Below the pieces are notes generated by a model. It saw nothing but the letters and a program-made list of their open reading frames with translations, was not told the origin of the DNA and searched no databases. A stretch of 64,000 nt of DNA, from the NCBI GenBank assembly GCA_012295275.1, contig CM022672.1, positions 16,802,001-16,866,000 on the forward strand, given 5' to 3'. Of the stretch, positions 13,115 to 27,600 are shown piece after piece. Position numbers and translations under genes: made by a program. Position 1 is the stretch's first letter. The number at the start of each line of letters is the position of its first letter. The stretch comes from Chrysomallon squamiferum (taxonomy: Eukaryota > Animalia > Mollusca).

Positions 13115-13639
13115 CAGGGTCATTCAAAAGTCCCGCCACTGCTTTAGCATAATGTGGAGGAGCACCATCTTGTTGGAAAACACAATCACATTATGCTAAA
13201 GCAGTTTGTGATTTCTTGAATCACAAATTCCCTGTTAGATGGGTAGGTCGTCGAGGACCTAAGGAGAAGGTTCCACATTCTCCAGATTTGTCACCATGTG
13301 ACTTCTTGGGGCTTCCTGAAAAGCAAAGTCTACGCATCAAAGCCCAGGAGTGTTGAAGAGTTGGAGGAACGTATAAGGAATGCCTGCAATCTTGATACAA
13401 GGGAGATGCTGACCGGAGTTGGAGAGGAATGCTTGAAGAGGTGGGCAATGTGTCTTGAAAAAGAAGGTGCTCACGTTGAAGTCTATGGAGCCTAAGAAAA
13501 CAGAAGAAGAGGGATTTTTTCATTAAGGGACAAACTGAAGAAGCCTATAGAAAGTTAACAACTAATTTTGTTCAAACCCTTAAAGCCATTTTCATTTAAT
13601 TAAAATTTAAAAGTGTAGCAAGACTTTTGAATGACCCTG
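13115..13639 (+). mobile_element. Non-autonomous Tc1/mariner-superfamily element with a rearranged C-terminal transposase remnant
   Basis: TA|CAGGGTCATTCAAAAGTC ... GACTTTTGAATGACCCTG|TA: 18-bp perfect TIR and TA target duplication. Frameshifted remnant on + (HYAKAVCDFLNHKFPVRWVGRRGP...HSPDLSPCDF / GFLKSKVYASKPRSVEELEERIRNAC); FQQDGAPPHYAKA on the - strand at about 13140-13187. Confidence 0.9.
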
Positions 13640-15609
13640 TAATACCCACTAATGATGATAATAATGATGATGATGATGATGATAATAATAATAATAATAA
13701 TAATAATAGTAGTACTAGTGTGGTGGTAAAATCAGCAGCAGCAGCAACAACAGTAATAATAATTATGATGATAATGGTTATGACGATGATGATGATGACG
13801 GTAGATCTAATAATGTGTATACATTTGCTTGTGAAAAAAATCAGTAACAGTATAATTATTTAAACATAAATAGTTTACTTGCACAGTAAAGTAATTCAGC
13901 TTTTTCTTTCATTTTCTGCATGATTACAAGCAAACAGGGTCAGCAACGAACTATTTTGCTAAGCCAGCTAATTTTATTTCACCACCAAAAGAAACCATTT
14001 CCAATTTCAGTATTGTAGCAAAAATCAAAAAACAAAATTTAAAATTGCAAAATTTATTTTAATTTTTAAGAATGCTCCATATCCATTAATATGTCAGTGG
14101 ACGTGTTACCCCACTCATTTGGGGAAACATATGACTTAAAAACAAATGACACTACATTTGGTTTGCAGTGCAAAATAAAGAGAGGTCCATTTATGAGTGT
14201 GCAAATGGAAATTATAGATAAGACAGATTCTGTTTAAGCAATGGTGTAAAATAAAAAATTTAAATAACTAAACTGTAAACTGTGTCCTAGGCGGCTGCCT
14301 GGCTGGCCTAATGGTTACAGCAGCTCTGCAGACAAGTAATACAACAAATATGTCTGACACTTTATTAATAAATAGCATTACTTACAGGTCTTTTTCAAAT
14401 GTCAAAAGTAACAAAACTACAATTTAGAATGACCTTTTCTAGGTTTTTAGTCTATCAAGATTTGTTGGTAATTCAGATAATACCTGCTTCACACAGAAAT
14501 TTAAGTTCTGTGTTCAATCTATTTTAACCCATAGTTCAGTCCCTCAAAAACCTTAACGCTTTTTGCACTTACATCATCATTAAGACTAAAAATGTATAAT
14601 AGAGTTCTCATAATTTTGTAAAATTCTAATAAGGAATTTTAAAAGTGATATTAAACAAAGAAGGAATGTGATGCAAAAATGCTGACATGATTTTAAATTC
14701 TTTTCAACATAACTGTTGCACTCTGTACTGTTTCATTGTGATATTGAAAATATAACTGCATGATATCCGGACTGTCTAAAGTGTTTCCTGACTTGTATTT
14801 CAGCTACTTTGTTACAATCTTTATTTACACAGTGAACTTATCGCTGATTTTATTTTCATAAAGAGTAGTATACAGTTACAACTGCAGAGAAATGTAATAT
14901 ACAACTGTAGATGTTATTGAAGTGTGTGATAGGAAACATTTATGTAATACTTAATTGTGTGGAACATATTCTCTCACACATAATGGAATAATATCATTCC
15001 AAAAGGGGATACTCGGTATATTATAAAATGTATATATTCAAGAACAGAGGCTAATAATAAATAATGACTATAAATATATTTATTTTACAGTTAATTGTGA
15101 CAGTTAATCTTGAGGTGACTGCAAGATGACAGTTATACATTTTAAATAATAATAAAGTTTAAGACAAACTGTTTCAAAAATAACTTGATCAGATTAAGAA
15201 TTATTTTGTCCTGTAAATAATATATTGCTTTAAATTGTTGCTGAGGCTAAACTTTCATTGGGATTAAACAGTCAATTTGATGATTTCTTTTCCATTGTTA
15301 AATTTTCACAAAATGTAATGTTATAAATGAAGTAAGATATGCGATCTCATTCCTTGGAACAGCTTCTCTCCAGAACTGACTGGGAATCTGTAAGATGCAT
15401 AAACTGTCCCATAATTCTGTCAATGCCAAAATGTCTTTAAAAAAAAAAAAAAAAAAAAATAAATAAATTTAATTTTATTGCCTATCAAGGTTTTTGATTA
15501 CTGAACAATAACAACTACAACTACAACAACAAAAACCTGTTAATTAATGAATTATTAAGAACAATGTTTTTTTTCCATTTCATTGCAGAAAGTGAATGTT
15601 TATGCTGAC

Positions 15610-18600
15610 ATGGAACTTCATAGTTTTGCATTTAGTTTGATTGTTGTGGGTAGGTATATAAAACAACCTTTTCAAATACAAACTTACTGTTCACAAACAT
15701 GGTTTTAATATCTACAAGCTTTAAACCCTAAAGAATGGTTTATTCATTATCTGCATGTGCATCCATTTTTATATTGTAAATAGTAAATTACGTTCTCTCT
15801 CTTTTAGAAGTAATAATAGTTGTTAACTTGACATTCTAATTTTTGAGAATTCTGATATGGAAAGTATTTAATAAGGTAAAAATACATTTGTATTATACTT
15901 TCAAAAATGCTTAATATCTTATTTTAAAATATTTAATGAATTCAGGATAGTAAAACATTGCCTTTCATTTCACTTTGATATTATTTAATGCCCATCAAGG
16001 TCCTCATGCAGAATCTTCTAAAATATGCAGCTTTTTGCAGTTTTCTTCAATGCATGTGTATTTGTGTGTGTGTGTGGATGTGTTTATGTTGAAATCATTA
16101 ATAATCATCATTAAATACAACATATTCACTTTTGTTCTATTCTTTCCAAAACTTTCTGTACAGATTTTGTATAATTTATTTGCTATTCTTTTTCAGTGTC
16201 TTATCTCTGCATTGTTTCAGGCAATAAAGGTCTGTATAAATGTTTTATTGTATCTTGGCACAGTTGCTATACAAACTTGTGTAAACAAAACACGAACAGT
16301 CATCAGTAGCAGTGCTCTGTAACAGATGTACCAAGATTTGACTATGTCAAGTTGCATGTAAAAGATCTGCTGCAACTACTGAATAAAATAATCCAAAATC
16401 AGACTGCATAGAATGTCCTCTCTAGTACTAAATACTCAGTACCTCTTTTCTGCAGGTTTGGCATCTGTAGTTTTAACCAAATATATATATATATATATAT
16501 ATTTAATTATTATAATTATATCATCTCATACAAGTGTACTGAGCATTTGCAGTGCGTCCAGTAGAATACTTAAGGTGTGGCAAATATGGAACATGGCCTG
16601 TGCACTGCTTGAAGGGGGTACACCCTTGAGCAATTTCTGTTAAATTGTGCTGGTATTTTTGAGCTGATTTTATGGTAAAGTTATCTGAAAAGGTGGATGT
16701 CAGATGTTTGAAAAGAGTGCAGTTTGGTAGATAAACCCCTGAGTGGGTCCTGGGACATAGATTTGCAGATAAGGAGGCTGACAATATAGTAAAGAAACAT
16801 GGTGAAAGACAACATGTTAGAGTTATTGTTAATATAAACCCCCCGAAAAACTGATTGTGTTCATTAATGAAAGTACACAAATGTATTGATTAAACTCAAC
16901 TTTTTTTCTTTTTTTCAATTTATTTATTTTTTTTAAATTACTATTTTAAATGGCATTCATCCTGTTTTTTTAATTTTTATTATTGAATTCTTCAGCAGGT
17001 TCCTACTTGAAATTTGTTAAATGTGATTTGATTTGATTATTTCTTTTAGTTTATTATTATTATCATTATTATTTTTATAATAGTATTTAAATCTTTTTTT
17101 CTTTTTCTTTCTTTTCTGTTGTGTAATAAATAATAATGAACTTCCCTTTTTTCTAACAGGCTGTAATATTACTTGCCAGTCTAATGATACTACCTGCCAT
17201 TTTGAACTGAAAGATGTACACAACAGTACAAATTGTACTTGGACATTGTATCGACACAATGGATCAGTCACCACACTGTTTTTCAAAAACATGGTCTTAA
17301 ATGAAAATGACCTAGTTTCAGTTTATGATGGACCCATTACACCTAGTAACTTGGTGGCTTCTTTCAACAGTCCTAAAGGTAATCTTTTTATTTATCAACA
17401 GATCAGTAGTCTTCATACAGACATACTAAACACAGACATTCACACATTTCTGCATAAATGTAGAGTAAATGCAGGAAAGGACCCATTTTTTTTTTCATAA
17501 ACTTTTATAAAATAATCAGAAGATATTCTTAGTTACTAAGACAGTTAATATAATAAAAGAAACTACACTGTTTTATTTATTATTATTTTTAATCTTAGAA
17601 TATTTATAAATAAATTAATAGGCATATGATAGTGGTAAAATGAATAGGAGAATATTTGATAAATAATCTGCAGAATGTCTTTATGAGAACTAGTATATAA
17701 AACCATACTGGCAAACTATCTTTGTTTTATCTCAGTAGGTTGTTCTGAATTAACAATATTACAGGATATTTAATAGCTTTTTATTAAACCCAGTTCACAG
17801 ATAATCTGTAGACGATCCTGGTTTTATTATAACCAAAATGCATAAATGTAAATATAATACTTTAAAATATGTACCATCTCAAGTTAAATGAATGTTACAG
17901 GAATTGCTAAAAAAAAAAAAAAAAATGACATTCCTCAATTTTTTAGTGTTTGTTTTTCAGATCCATTTGTTGGAGTGATGTTTCAGAATATTACTACTAT
18001 TTTCTTGGTACTTGGTAAAAAGGATGTTGATGCACCAACTCTCAGAGTTGATTTTAAAATTTCAGGTAAGGCAGTTTGAAAATTATCAGATCTGTGATAG
18101 TTGTGCAATTAAATACCATAAAAAAAGAAGAAAAAAAAAGGTTATTTAAAATATATACAAAATCATAACACAAGGGAATATTTTGAATATTTTAATACGT
18201 TAGTAATTTTTTCCATGCTCATTAATTAGTATGTGTGTATTTTATCCCTGAGTAAGCCTGTTTTCAAGATGGTTTAATTGTGTACATGCATTTGTTCCAG
18301 TGACATGATTTTTGAAAAAGCATTTACTTAGCAAATGTAGAAGATATTCTAGTACATAAGCCCATACTAAAGTCCTTATCCGAGATATGCACCTCTAAAA
18401 GTATTGTTGTGTATTTATCCTAATAAGTATATTAAGATAATTTTCCATCTGTACCTCTCTGACACCTTTTGTGTTCTCTTTCTCAAATCTTTATTTATTT
18501 AATTTATTTTGTTAATTTTCTGAATAGATGATTGCCAGATGGAATTTGACTCCAAGTTTCTAACCCAGATAATGTCTCCCGTGTATCATCCAGCTCGGGG

Positions 18601-21600
18601 TCATGTGCATTGTACATACAAGCTGAATGGAACAGGAGACGGAAGTAATGTTTTAGCATTGTCATTTACAAAGTTTGCAGTTTCCGATGGATATGTGACT
18701 GTTAATGGTACAAACCATACAGGTAAGCTGTATTGTAATTGTTCCTGCATTGGTGTTATTTTAGGATTATTTTTAACTCCATTTTAGGTAACTTTAAAGT
18801 CTACAAGAAGGTTCTCAAAAGTGAATTTCTATTTGGGAAATACAAGGTTGATTCCTAACTGTAACTGTAGATCTATTTGCAGTGGTATTTAGTCAGTTTC
18901 AATAGACACATTCATAGTAATTATCACAAATAGAACTACACATGAAAATAATTACAGAGTGTGGGGAACAAATATTTGTAAAAGGACAAAAGTCCATGAA
19001 ATCATAAATGTATACATTAACCTTAAAATTTTACCAAAACATTAAACATTAGTACACATAACAGCTATATTAGATAGTAATATAATAACGTAAGAACAAT
19101 ATATAAACATAAAATCTATGAAACACATGTCAAACAATATATGTAAAGAAAATTATAGATTAGGTTGGATGAAGTTTATTAAATTATGGTTCTTACGGCT
19201 GCAGTTGTAAAATGATGGCAAGTAGGTTGAGAAAGGAATTGCAATTATCATAGTATGGGACTCAGAATAACTTTATAATAAGGTTTCAAGTGGGATGTGG
19301 CTGTGAATTTAATTTTTATGATTTTTTTACAAATTTAATCCAGAGTAACTGAAATCTGGAAACTGAGGTCTTTAAAACTGAGAGTCAGCAATATATGAAT
19401 ACAGTTTTGTCAGTCATCTTCAGAACTGAATTATTGCTATATATAATTATCTTCCACTACTGCAAAAGCTTCTAAAATTAAAATAAATAAATAAATAAAA
19501 AATAATAAAAAATATATATGTAAATTTATAATATTTTAAGAATAACATTATGGCATTATTAATTATTAATGAATATGTATAACATGTAACATAGTGATAT
19601 CTGTGTAAAATAATGACAGTGACAAATATTATATTATTACATTATTCTACTGTGTATACTGTGTAAAATAAAAATCTGTGTCTAAAGTGTCATTTTAAAT
19701 AATCATACTAAAATAGGTATATAGCATGTGTATAATAAATATCAGAATTAGATATTGACCAGTTTAATATACAATAACTGTTTATTTTTAAATTGTAGTT
19801 GGTTAGTAACAATCTAAATACATTATGGAATAAAGTACCCAATAGGATTATAAATATAAAAGATTCAAATATGCAATAACAAATTGTTCCTTTATATTTT
19901 TATTATTGTAATTACAGTAACATTTTACAGTTTGGTGGTAAGCATTTACCATATCGGAAAAATAAAAAAATTATAAAAATTTATCCTATTTCTTCCCATA
20001 CTCTACTTCTCTACTGTAACTGTTGTTCTTTTACTCTATCTTTCTTTTCAAACCTTTGGCTCAGTTTGTTTTATAACTTTTTTTTGTACATTATGTACTG
20101 TTATATCTTACAGCTACAATATATCTTATATATAGATATATATATATATATGTATGATTCCAAATTAAAAAAATAATAGTTGTAATAACAAATAAATAAC
20201 AAAAATCACCAGACAGCTTTTTAGCAGTCGTGTTTTGTTTTATGCTGATCTTGGGACCACAAAATCACTGGGTAGCTAAAGGACACAAGATTATTGTATG
20301 CCAAGAACTCAATGGTAATACTGTGACAACAGCTGACATGTTGCCAAGCTGGTGAAAAATAAACCCTGTGAGAACACTTTTTCTCAGGTTTTCTTAATAT
20401 TGATTCTACCACAAGCAACAAGTTGTCTTATATACAGTCACCAACTTATCTGTTTTAAAATATAATCATTAATTACCAAAAATCTATTGTTTACAAGTGA
20501 TCAGGATCACTTCTGATACGATATGATATTTCATCCACCAGATACTCCAAGAACGAGAGAAATTTGATCACAGATGTGATTACATTTTTAAAAATCACAA
20601 AGGAACAAAAACTTCTGAAAATCCACAATGTTTCCACAAAATATCAATTTTACTGGAAATGTAAAAATTCTTGGAATGTTTCAGTATTACATATGAAACA
20701 ATCTGTTAAATTTAATCTTATGTTTATGAAAGATCTGAAACTTAATTCAGTAAAAAGTATCAGTTGACAAATGTTTAAATTTAATTGTTACACTGTCCTG
20801 TTAGATAAAATGTTTGCTGCTGCAAGAATATTTTCACCTTTCTGAAGGACTGTAATCACTTGGATTAATTTCATGAGTCAGTAAAGCAAATATGTCAATC
20901 AGTGTATAGCTTACTCATTTTTTATGCTTCTGGTCAATGAAACAAACTTGAGCCTTTTGGAAGAAGTGCACTGAATTTTGTTATAGACTGTATTTTACCC
21001 AGGACCAGGTCCATGTTCATGAATAAGCCCACTTCAGTTTTTTATATGTTTAAAAAAACTGAGCCCATTTCCATGAATTAGCCCATTTTCCCATAAATCA
21101 TAATAAATAAATTAATTAAAATAACAGTAATAATGTTTAAAAATAAAACCTCCCCCAACTAAATTAAATAAATAAATAAGAAACGAAGAAAAAATGAAGA
21201 AAGAAACATCAAATCTTAGTGCAGAATATGTTCAATTAGAGACATCCAAAGTAACATAATAAAATATTGTTACACAATTGTTATCCCTACATCTAAACAA
21301 TGAATATATATGGCAGTTTTTTCATCGTGTCTTTTTATGTATTTTTGTGGTTGTTGTTTTGTTGTTTTGTTGGGGGTTTTTGTTCTGTTTATTTAATTGT
21401 TATCTTGCACTGAACTGAATATATGTTATTGATTATCTTCAGTAAGTACATCATTAAGTCTGATACCTTGCTTCTCATCATTAAAGGTATTTTACCTGGG
21501 GTGGTGGCAGATTTTCTTTTTGCTATTATAATTATTATGTTGTTTTTTTTTTTGCCTGTGATATTTCAGTTTCTAAATCAGTTATCTTAATGCCACTTGT

Positions 21601-24600
21601 ACTTAACTTTTATCAGTAAATCAGGTTACCTGGAACAAATGATTAATATTTCACATTTGAAGCATGCCAGTAGTTAACATGGGTACAGTTTGTGTATAAA
21701 GATCATGATACTGGTTCAACTAACCACATGAAAGTCTAGCTGTCATTTCACAAATATCAAATGAATATTCAGTTCATGAATTATGTATATTTTAAAACAT
21801 GTATGAAAACTAATACTAAATCCTAGTACTGATTTAATTTATTTTTATTATCTAGAAAATTAATATTGTTTATTTATTGTTTGTGCAAAATGTTATAAAC
21901 ACATTGGTATTTGTTATTTTTGAAGATTTAACTAACTGTGTTTAATTAATTTGGGTAGCATTTAGATCAGTTAGTATTTTAAACAGAGTTAGTTTAATTA
22001 AGATACTGTGTTAAATCTGTAGTTTTAAATCTGAAACCACTGAAATTTTATGATAAATGTTAACTGTCTTTTTCCAACACACACACACACACTTGTCAAC
22101 TGGACTTTTCTGTTATTATGTGTGTATTCTGAAAAGGATTTCTATGAGCACCTTACATGGGAAACACATAAATGAAATAACTTAATAATCATACTGAGTA
22201 ACATTGATCATTTAATCAATCCTGTCACAAACCTGGCCTCTAACATGTTATATTAAAGTTCTTTTGCTTTTTGTTCATTACACAATTCCGACATCAAATG
22301 TGTAAATTATATGATATATATATATATTTTTTTTTTTTATATTATGCTGAATATCAGTTTGGCTGACACATATTTTGTCTTGCATGTCTGATATGTATCA
22401 GTAATAATATTAAAGCAAGCAAACAAATGTAAAATGTAAATAAATACATTGATAAAGTTAATCCATTATAACTAATATCATTGTATTTTTATTTGAATAT
22501 TGTTTTAAAACTGAATAGGAAAATATTAAATATTATGCAAGAACAACAACAACAAAAATGCAACAGCCATTTAGAAATTTTCTGGGATGTGTCCTTTAGT
22601 TTCTGTTAAAGCATGCTGCTATTCACAAACTTTTTTTTTCAATATTTAATTCAGTTTTTGCTACATTTACAGTTTCTACCAATGTTTCTTTTAACCTTCT
22701 GTATTAGATACATAAATAACAGATATATCATACTTCCCAAATGTCTTCTCAGATATTTTTGGTTGATTTTCAGAATAGTCACATATAATTGCTTTTCCTT
22801 CTGCTTGTGTTGAAGAAACTGGTTCACTGAACACTGCATCAGTCCGATCACTGCAAGAAGTAGGAACATCACTGATGGGACTCACCCGTGATTGTCTCTT
22901 CCTATGACTGGGTTTTCTCCGTTTCTCTTTTGAAAAACCTCTTGTTTCTAATTGAGTATAACTAATTTGATTGTCTCTCTCTATCGCAGCACTATTCCCT
23001 GATAATATATCTACATTGTCCGTTTGTGTTGTGCTATTAACAAAGACCTTTGCATATTGTTTTGGCATCTGGACATTTTCTGATATGTCTAAACTTGTTT
23101 CAGGGATATTTTCGTCAACTGTTGGTTCATAGTTTTTTACTGTGGGGTTCATTTTGTCTATATGTTTTTGTGGAGTTCTTTTCTTGTGCATCTGATTTCC
23201 AGAAGGAAGCTGTGTCTCATAAGCATGAACATCATCAAATCTTCCTGTCTGTACCAGATTTTTTCTACTCAATATAGCTGAACCTTTAGAGTAACTTGTT
23301 TGCAGGGAATCAAGTTCAAGAAAATATCTTTCTTCTTGTATCATTGTCTTCTGTTTGATATCAAAATGCTTAACAAATTTTGGTTTTCCACTACATTTCT
23401 TCATGAATGAAAATACTGAATTTTCTATGAAAAGAATTACTGAAAGTCTCTGCATTTGCCACTGTGTGTGTTTGTTCGATGATATGATAGCACATGTTTG
23501 TGACATCATGGCAATGAGGGCATTGATCATCAAAATGTAAGTCAGAAGGGCAAAGACTACAAAAAGACCGACGGCCAACCAAGGCTCACTTGCTTCATTC
23601 AGCACAGAAATATCAGACAAACCCAGCATCAGGTTAAATAAAGTTAACAAAGCCATCTGAAAACTCTGAAAATTCTCAGAACTGTTACAGTTATCAGAAT
23701 TGTTACATTGTATGTTAGTTGGAACAAAGAGCATGTAAATCATTGCTGTAAATGACAAAAGTTCAAGCAGGATAATGATAGAAAAACGAATCAGATCACT
23801 GAATAAAACTTTTTGCATCATCACAGTGAAAAAACTGAATTTTTTAAAAGCTCTAAGGAAAAATGTGACGAACCACCATCCAATAAGGACTGAAAGGATA
23901 AGAAAATAGTTGTAACCAGGTTGGATCAAGTACCAAGCAGCATCAGCTAATGTTGCTAAAGAAAACAGAACCAGCAGAAGACGGTAGGTTCCATTATGAT
24001 GGATCTTAGTGAGATTCCAGTATTGTCTTTCACAAAGATTTTTTACTTCTATCAGCAAATATAACAGAGGAATAATAAAATTTAAGTAACTGACAGCACA
24101 GACACAGATTTTTTCAATTTGTGACATTTGTGAAGGACTTTGATTTCCCATTGATGTCAAATATGTACGTAACTTAGTTCTCGTAATGGCATACCATGTA
24201 ATTCCAATCATATATATGACATGGAAAATTGCCCATGAATAATAATACCACTTGTATCGAGACCATTTGTCCTTTATAATGTTTTTGATGACCAAAAAAT
24301 GCAGAAATGCAAATGCTTGTTCAACTTGTAATTTACTTATTCTTTCAAGGACTCCTTGAATTTCTTTCACCTCGTTTAACAGATTGAATCTAGTTCTGTT
24401 TTTATTGATTTCTTTATTATGTAAGTCACTGTTCACATTTTGTTGAAAAGGTTTGGATGTAGTCTTTTTTTCATGATTATTCTTATGCCAATATTGCATT
24501 GCAACACTGTCTATTTCAGTTACATCATACAGTTTGATGTCAAATAAGCCATCATGTCTGTCAAGTCTGCAGTAAACGTCTTCTAAATTCAGAATGTAGT

Positions 24601-27600
24601 TAAATATTTCCGTTTGACCTAGTTTTCCTGCCAGTTGTAATGGAGTTAGTTTTTCATAATTTGGGTAAAACCAGACAGCAACTGGATCAGTTTCTTCATA
24701 GACAAAGTTTTCTAATGCTTCAATTTTTTCACATGATCGTTTGGCTAGTTTGCTGTTAATCGTTCCCATTATGTCAATAACCATTTCTTGTTGATCAGGA
24801 TGGAGAGAAGAATATTTCACAAGAGAATGGAAAACCGTATCACCATAGCTATTCTGAAGTGCCATTTTAGCACCATAATTAATGAGTTCCTCCACAATAT
24901 CATTGTTAAAAGTCATGGCTGCCACAGAAAGAGGAAGTTCTCCCATCATAATTGTGTAAATAAAGCGACTGCCAGTGGCAGGAATGCTCAGCAGATGGCG
25001 CTTTTCTGGATTTCTAACCATAACTTCAACTGCATCATAATTTTGTTTGGTAATTGCAATGTGAAGAGCTGTCTGGCCTTCATACACACCAGTTCTTGTC
25101 ATTGTTAGAAGACTGGGACAGAGAGAAACAAGTTTTTCAACTATAATGCCATCATCATGATATTTAGTTGCCAGATGGAGTAAGGTTTCGTCCTCTTCAC
25201 GATATTTATCCAACATTTCTTTACCACCACTCCTCCTTTCAAGCTCTTCAAGCTGTTCATTTGTTTCATCATTTCTACATAGAATTATGTTTTCTGCAAG
25301 CTTTTTCATGAAATCCTTTGTTATGACACCAGAATACATTTTTCTTTTGTTTTGTGTTGATGTATTGTATTCTTATTAAAGTAGAAACAACTTACAATGA
25401 ATTCAGATTTGTTTTAAAAAAACATAATGTATCCTGACATTTAGCTTTGTCACCAGTGTTTTGAAAAGTGTTTTTTAACTTAATGTTTAAACTTTTTTCA
25501 GTCAGTTTTTTATTTCTTCATAAAGCATATTCTTAGCAGTTTAGATTATACCTGAATTTTATTTGTTCTTTCCAAACATGTAAATGTTAAGTCAGAACAT
25601 TGTATCTGAACCAACAGATTGTCAGATCTAAAACTTCTTTATTTTCCATGAAATAATAAGTTGTTTTTTTTGACCTTTCATAAAATCTTGGTGGATGTTT
25701 TTTGTCTAAACTTTTATATACATTTATTTTATTAAATTTTATTTTATTTTAATATTATTATTATTTTTTATTATTATTATTGGTTCTGATTAGTTACTTG
25801 CAGAATTTATCAGATGATAACTCTTTTTGGAATATCTGAAAAAACAAATGAAAACAAATATTAATTTGGCTTTATTACCATCCACAGTGAGAACATACAC
25901 AATTAAAAGTAACAGATTTTTAGATGATCCTTCGCAGTGACAAATATATTTAGCTTAATGGCAGACAGTACATCTGTACTAAAGAATATTGGTAGGAACT
26001 GAAATTCATAAAAGAAAAAAAAAAGACTAAAATTTGAATACTGATAGCTTTTTGTATAAATAATCATTACCGAGGTATCATTCATATATTTCTCAATCCT
26101 TTCATGTGGTTAATGTTTCAAAAATGTGTGTATGCATGAGCACACACATACACAGTACAATGCCAAATTTGCTAGCAGCAGTAACAATTTATTATTAAAT
26201 TTTTATTTATATGTAACTTGCTCCGTCCTACACTAAATGTGTGCATCATTAATACATTTAAATAATAGATCAACATCTGTTCATTTCATTAATTAATAAT
26301 GATATTTTCTTTTCAATTGGACATATAATTAACACGAATGTGCACTCAAAAGCATAAGGGCTGCATGAATTAATTTAGGCTGATTCTTGGCCAGACAGAT
26401 ATACAAATATAGCTACTGTTTTCCAACATGTTCAAATTATACTGAATAAAAAAATCTTAGATTTGTCTTCAACAGTCGCTTTGAAGTAGTATATGATCAT
26501 TTCCATTTGGAATGCCGTTTTGATTGTTTCCCATCTCACATTATGACTTATATGTTTGTTTTTACCATCAGCCACATGTGGACAACAAAACTGTTTAAAA
26601 TCCTTTTTTTTTATTGTTACTGCTGCAACATGGATTTTGTCTTTAACATAAAATTACAGAACTGATACTTAATAAATGTTACTGTACATGTCATCAGTGA
26701 TTAATTCAAGAGAATAAATTTATTATTTTCCTATTTATCCTACTGACATAAAAGTATCAAATTTTCACTTATATGTTATCAGTAAGTATATTTCACACCT
26801 GTTAGCCATAGCAATAAAATGTACAAAGGTGTCATGACACCAATATTCATTTATCTGATATGAAGAAATAAATTTCAAATAACAATCATAAGCATGTATT
26901 CCTTACCACAAATTATAAAAAGAAATGGAAAAAAAATGAAATTTTAGAAATAACTATGTGCAAACTAAATTGAAAATACATGTTTTTATAATAATATTAA
27001 GAGAAAATACATTTTAAATGTGTCTCAATACATTAAGTAATATCTGTGCAGAAAGTTATTAAAAATATACTCACATGTTAATTACTGAACACAATAAAAA
27101 AAACAAGGAGAATGAAAAACCATTTGTACTTACTCGATGTAGAAGTTTCGGTTTTGTATACAAAACAACAACATTGATTTTACTCTACACTTTAATCTGC
27201 TCCTTGGCAACATGCCTGTACGTCAGTGGAAGTAGACTTGAAGATAACTTAATGGCCAAACACAATTACCAAGAAAGGTGCGTATCATACTGCTTCAATA
27301 TGCATGACATTATTGATTACAATTACTTGATTTTGCTGATCAAGCCAATACTGACAACCTTACAGAAGCTGTTAATACACTGTGAAGAATATGTTTATTA
27401 CTTAGTTGATATTAATTATTGAATCATGTCTGATGAGGATTTATCATCTACCTTTTTGATATTTTATATAACAGTATGAATATATACAATTTTATTTGCA
27501 CATTTATTTTCTTATCAAGTTTTCTTTGGCAGTGTGTCATTTTTTTTTTTTTCCAAGAGTTTAAATTTTTTATTAATGTGTGCAACTCAGATAAGACTTA

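Noticed and set aside
16521-16880. 119-aa minus-strand ORF in a slightly GC-richer intronic patch
   Set aside because: Non-ATG start, no recognisable motifs, no splice partners found; probably a decayed repeat.
19250-19470. Minus-strand SSEDD*QNCIHIL...FQISVT, reminiscent of a LINE reverse-transcriptase segment
   Set aside because: Too short and degraded to support without a profile search; no YADD motif is retained.
23050-25108. Small ORFs overlapping the TRPV CDS (23050-23277, 23355-23540, 23391-23582, 24788-25108)
   Set aside because: Shadow or antisense frames of a real gene, with no motifs or convincing splice context.
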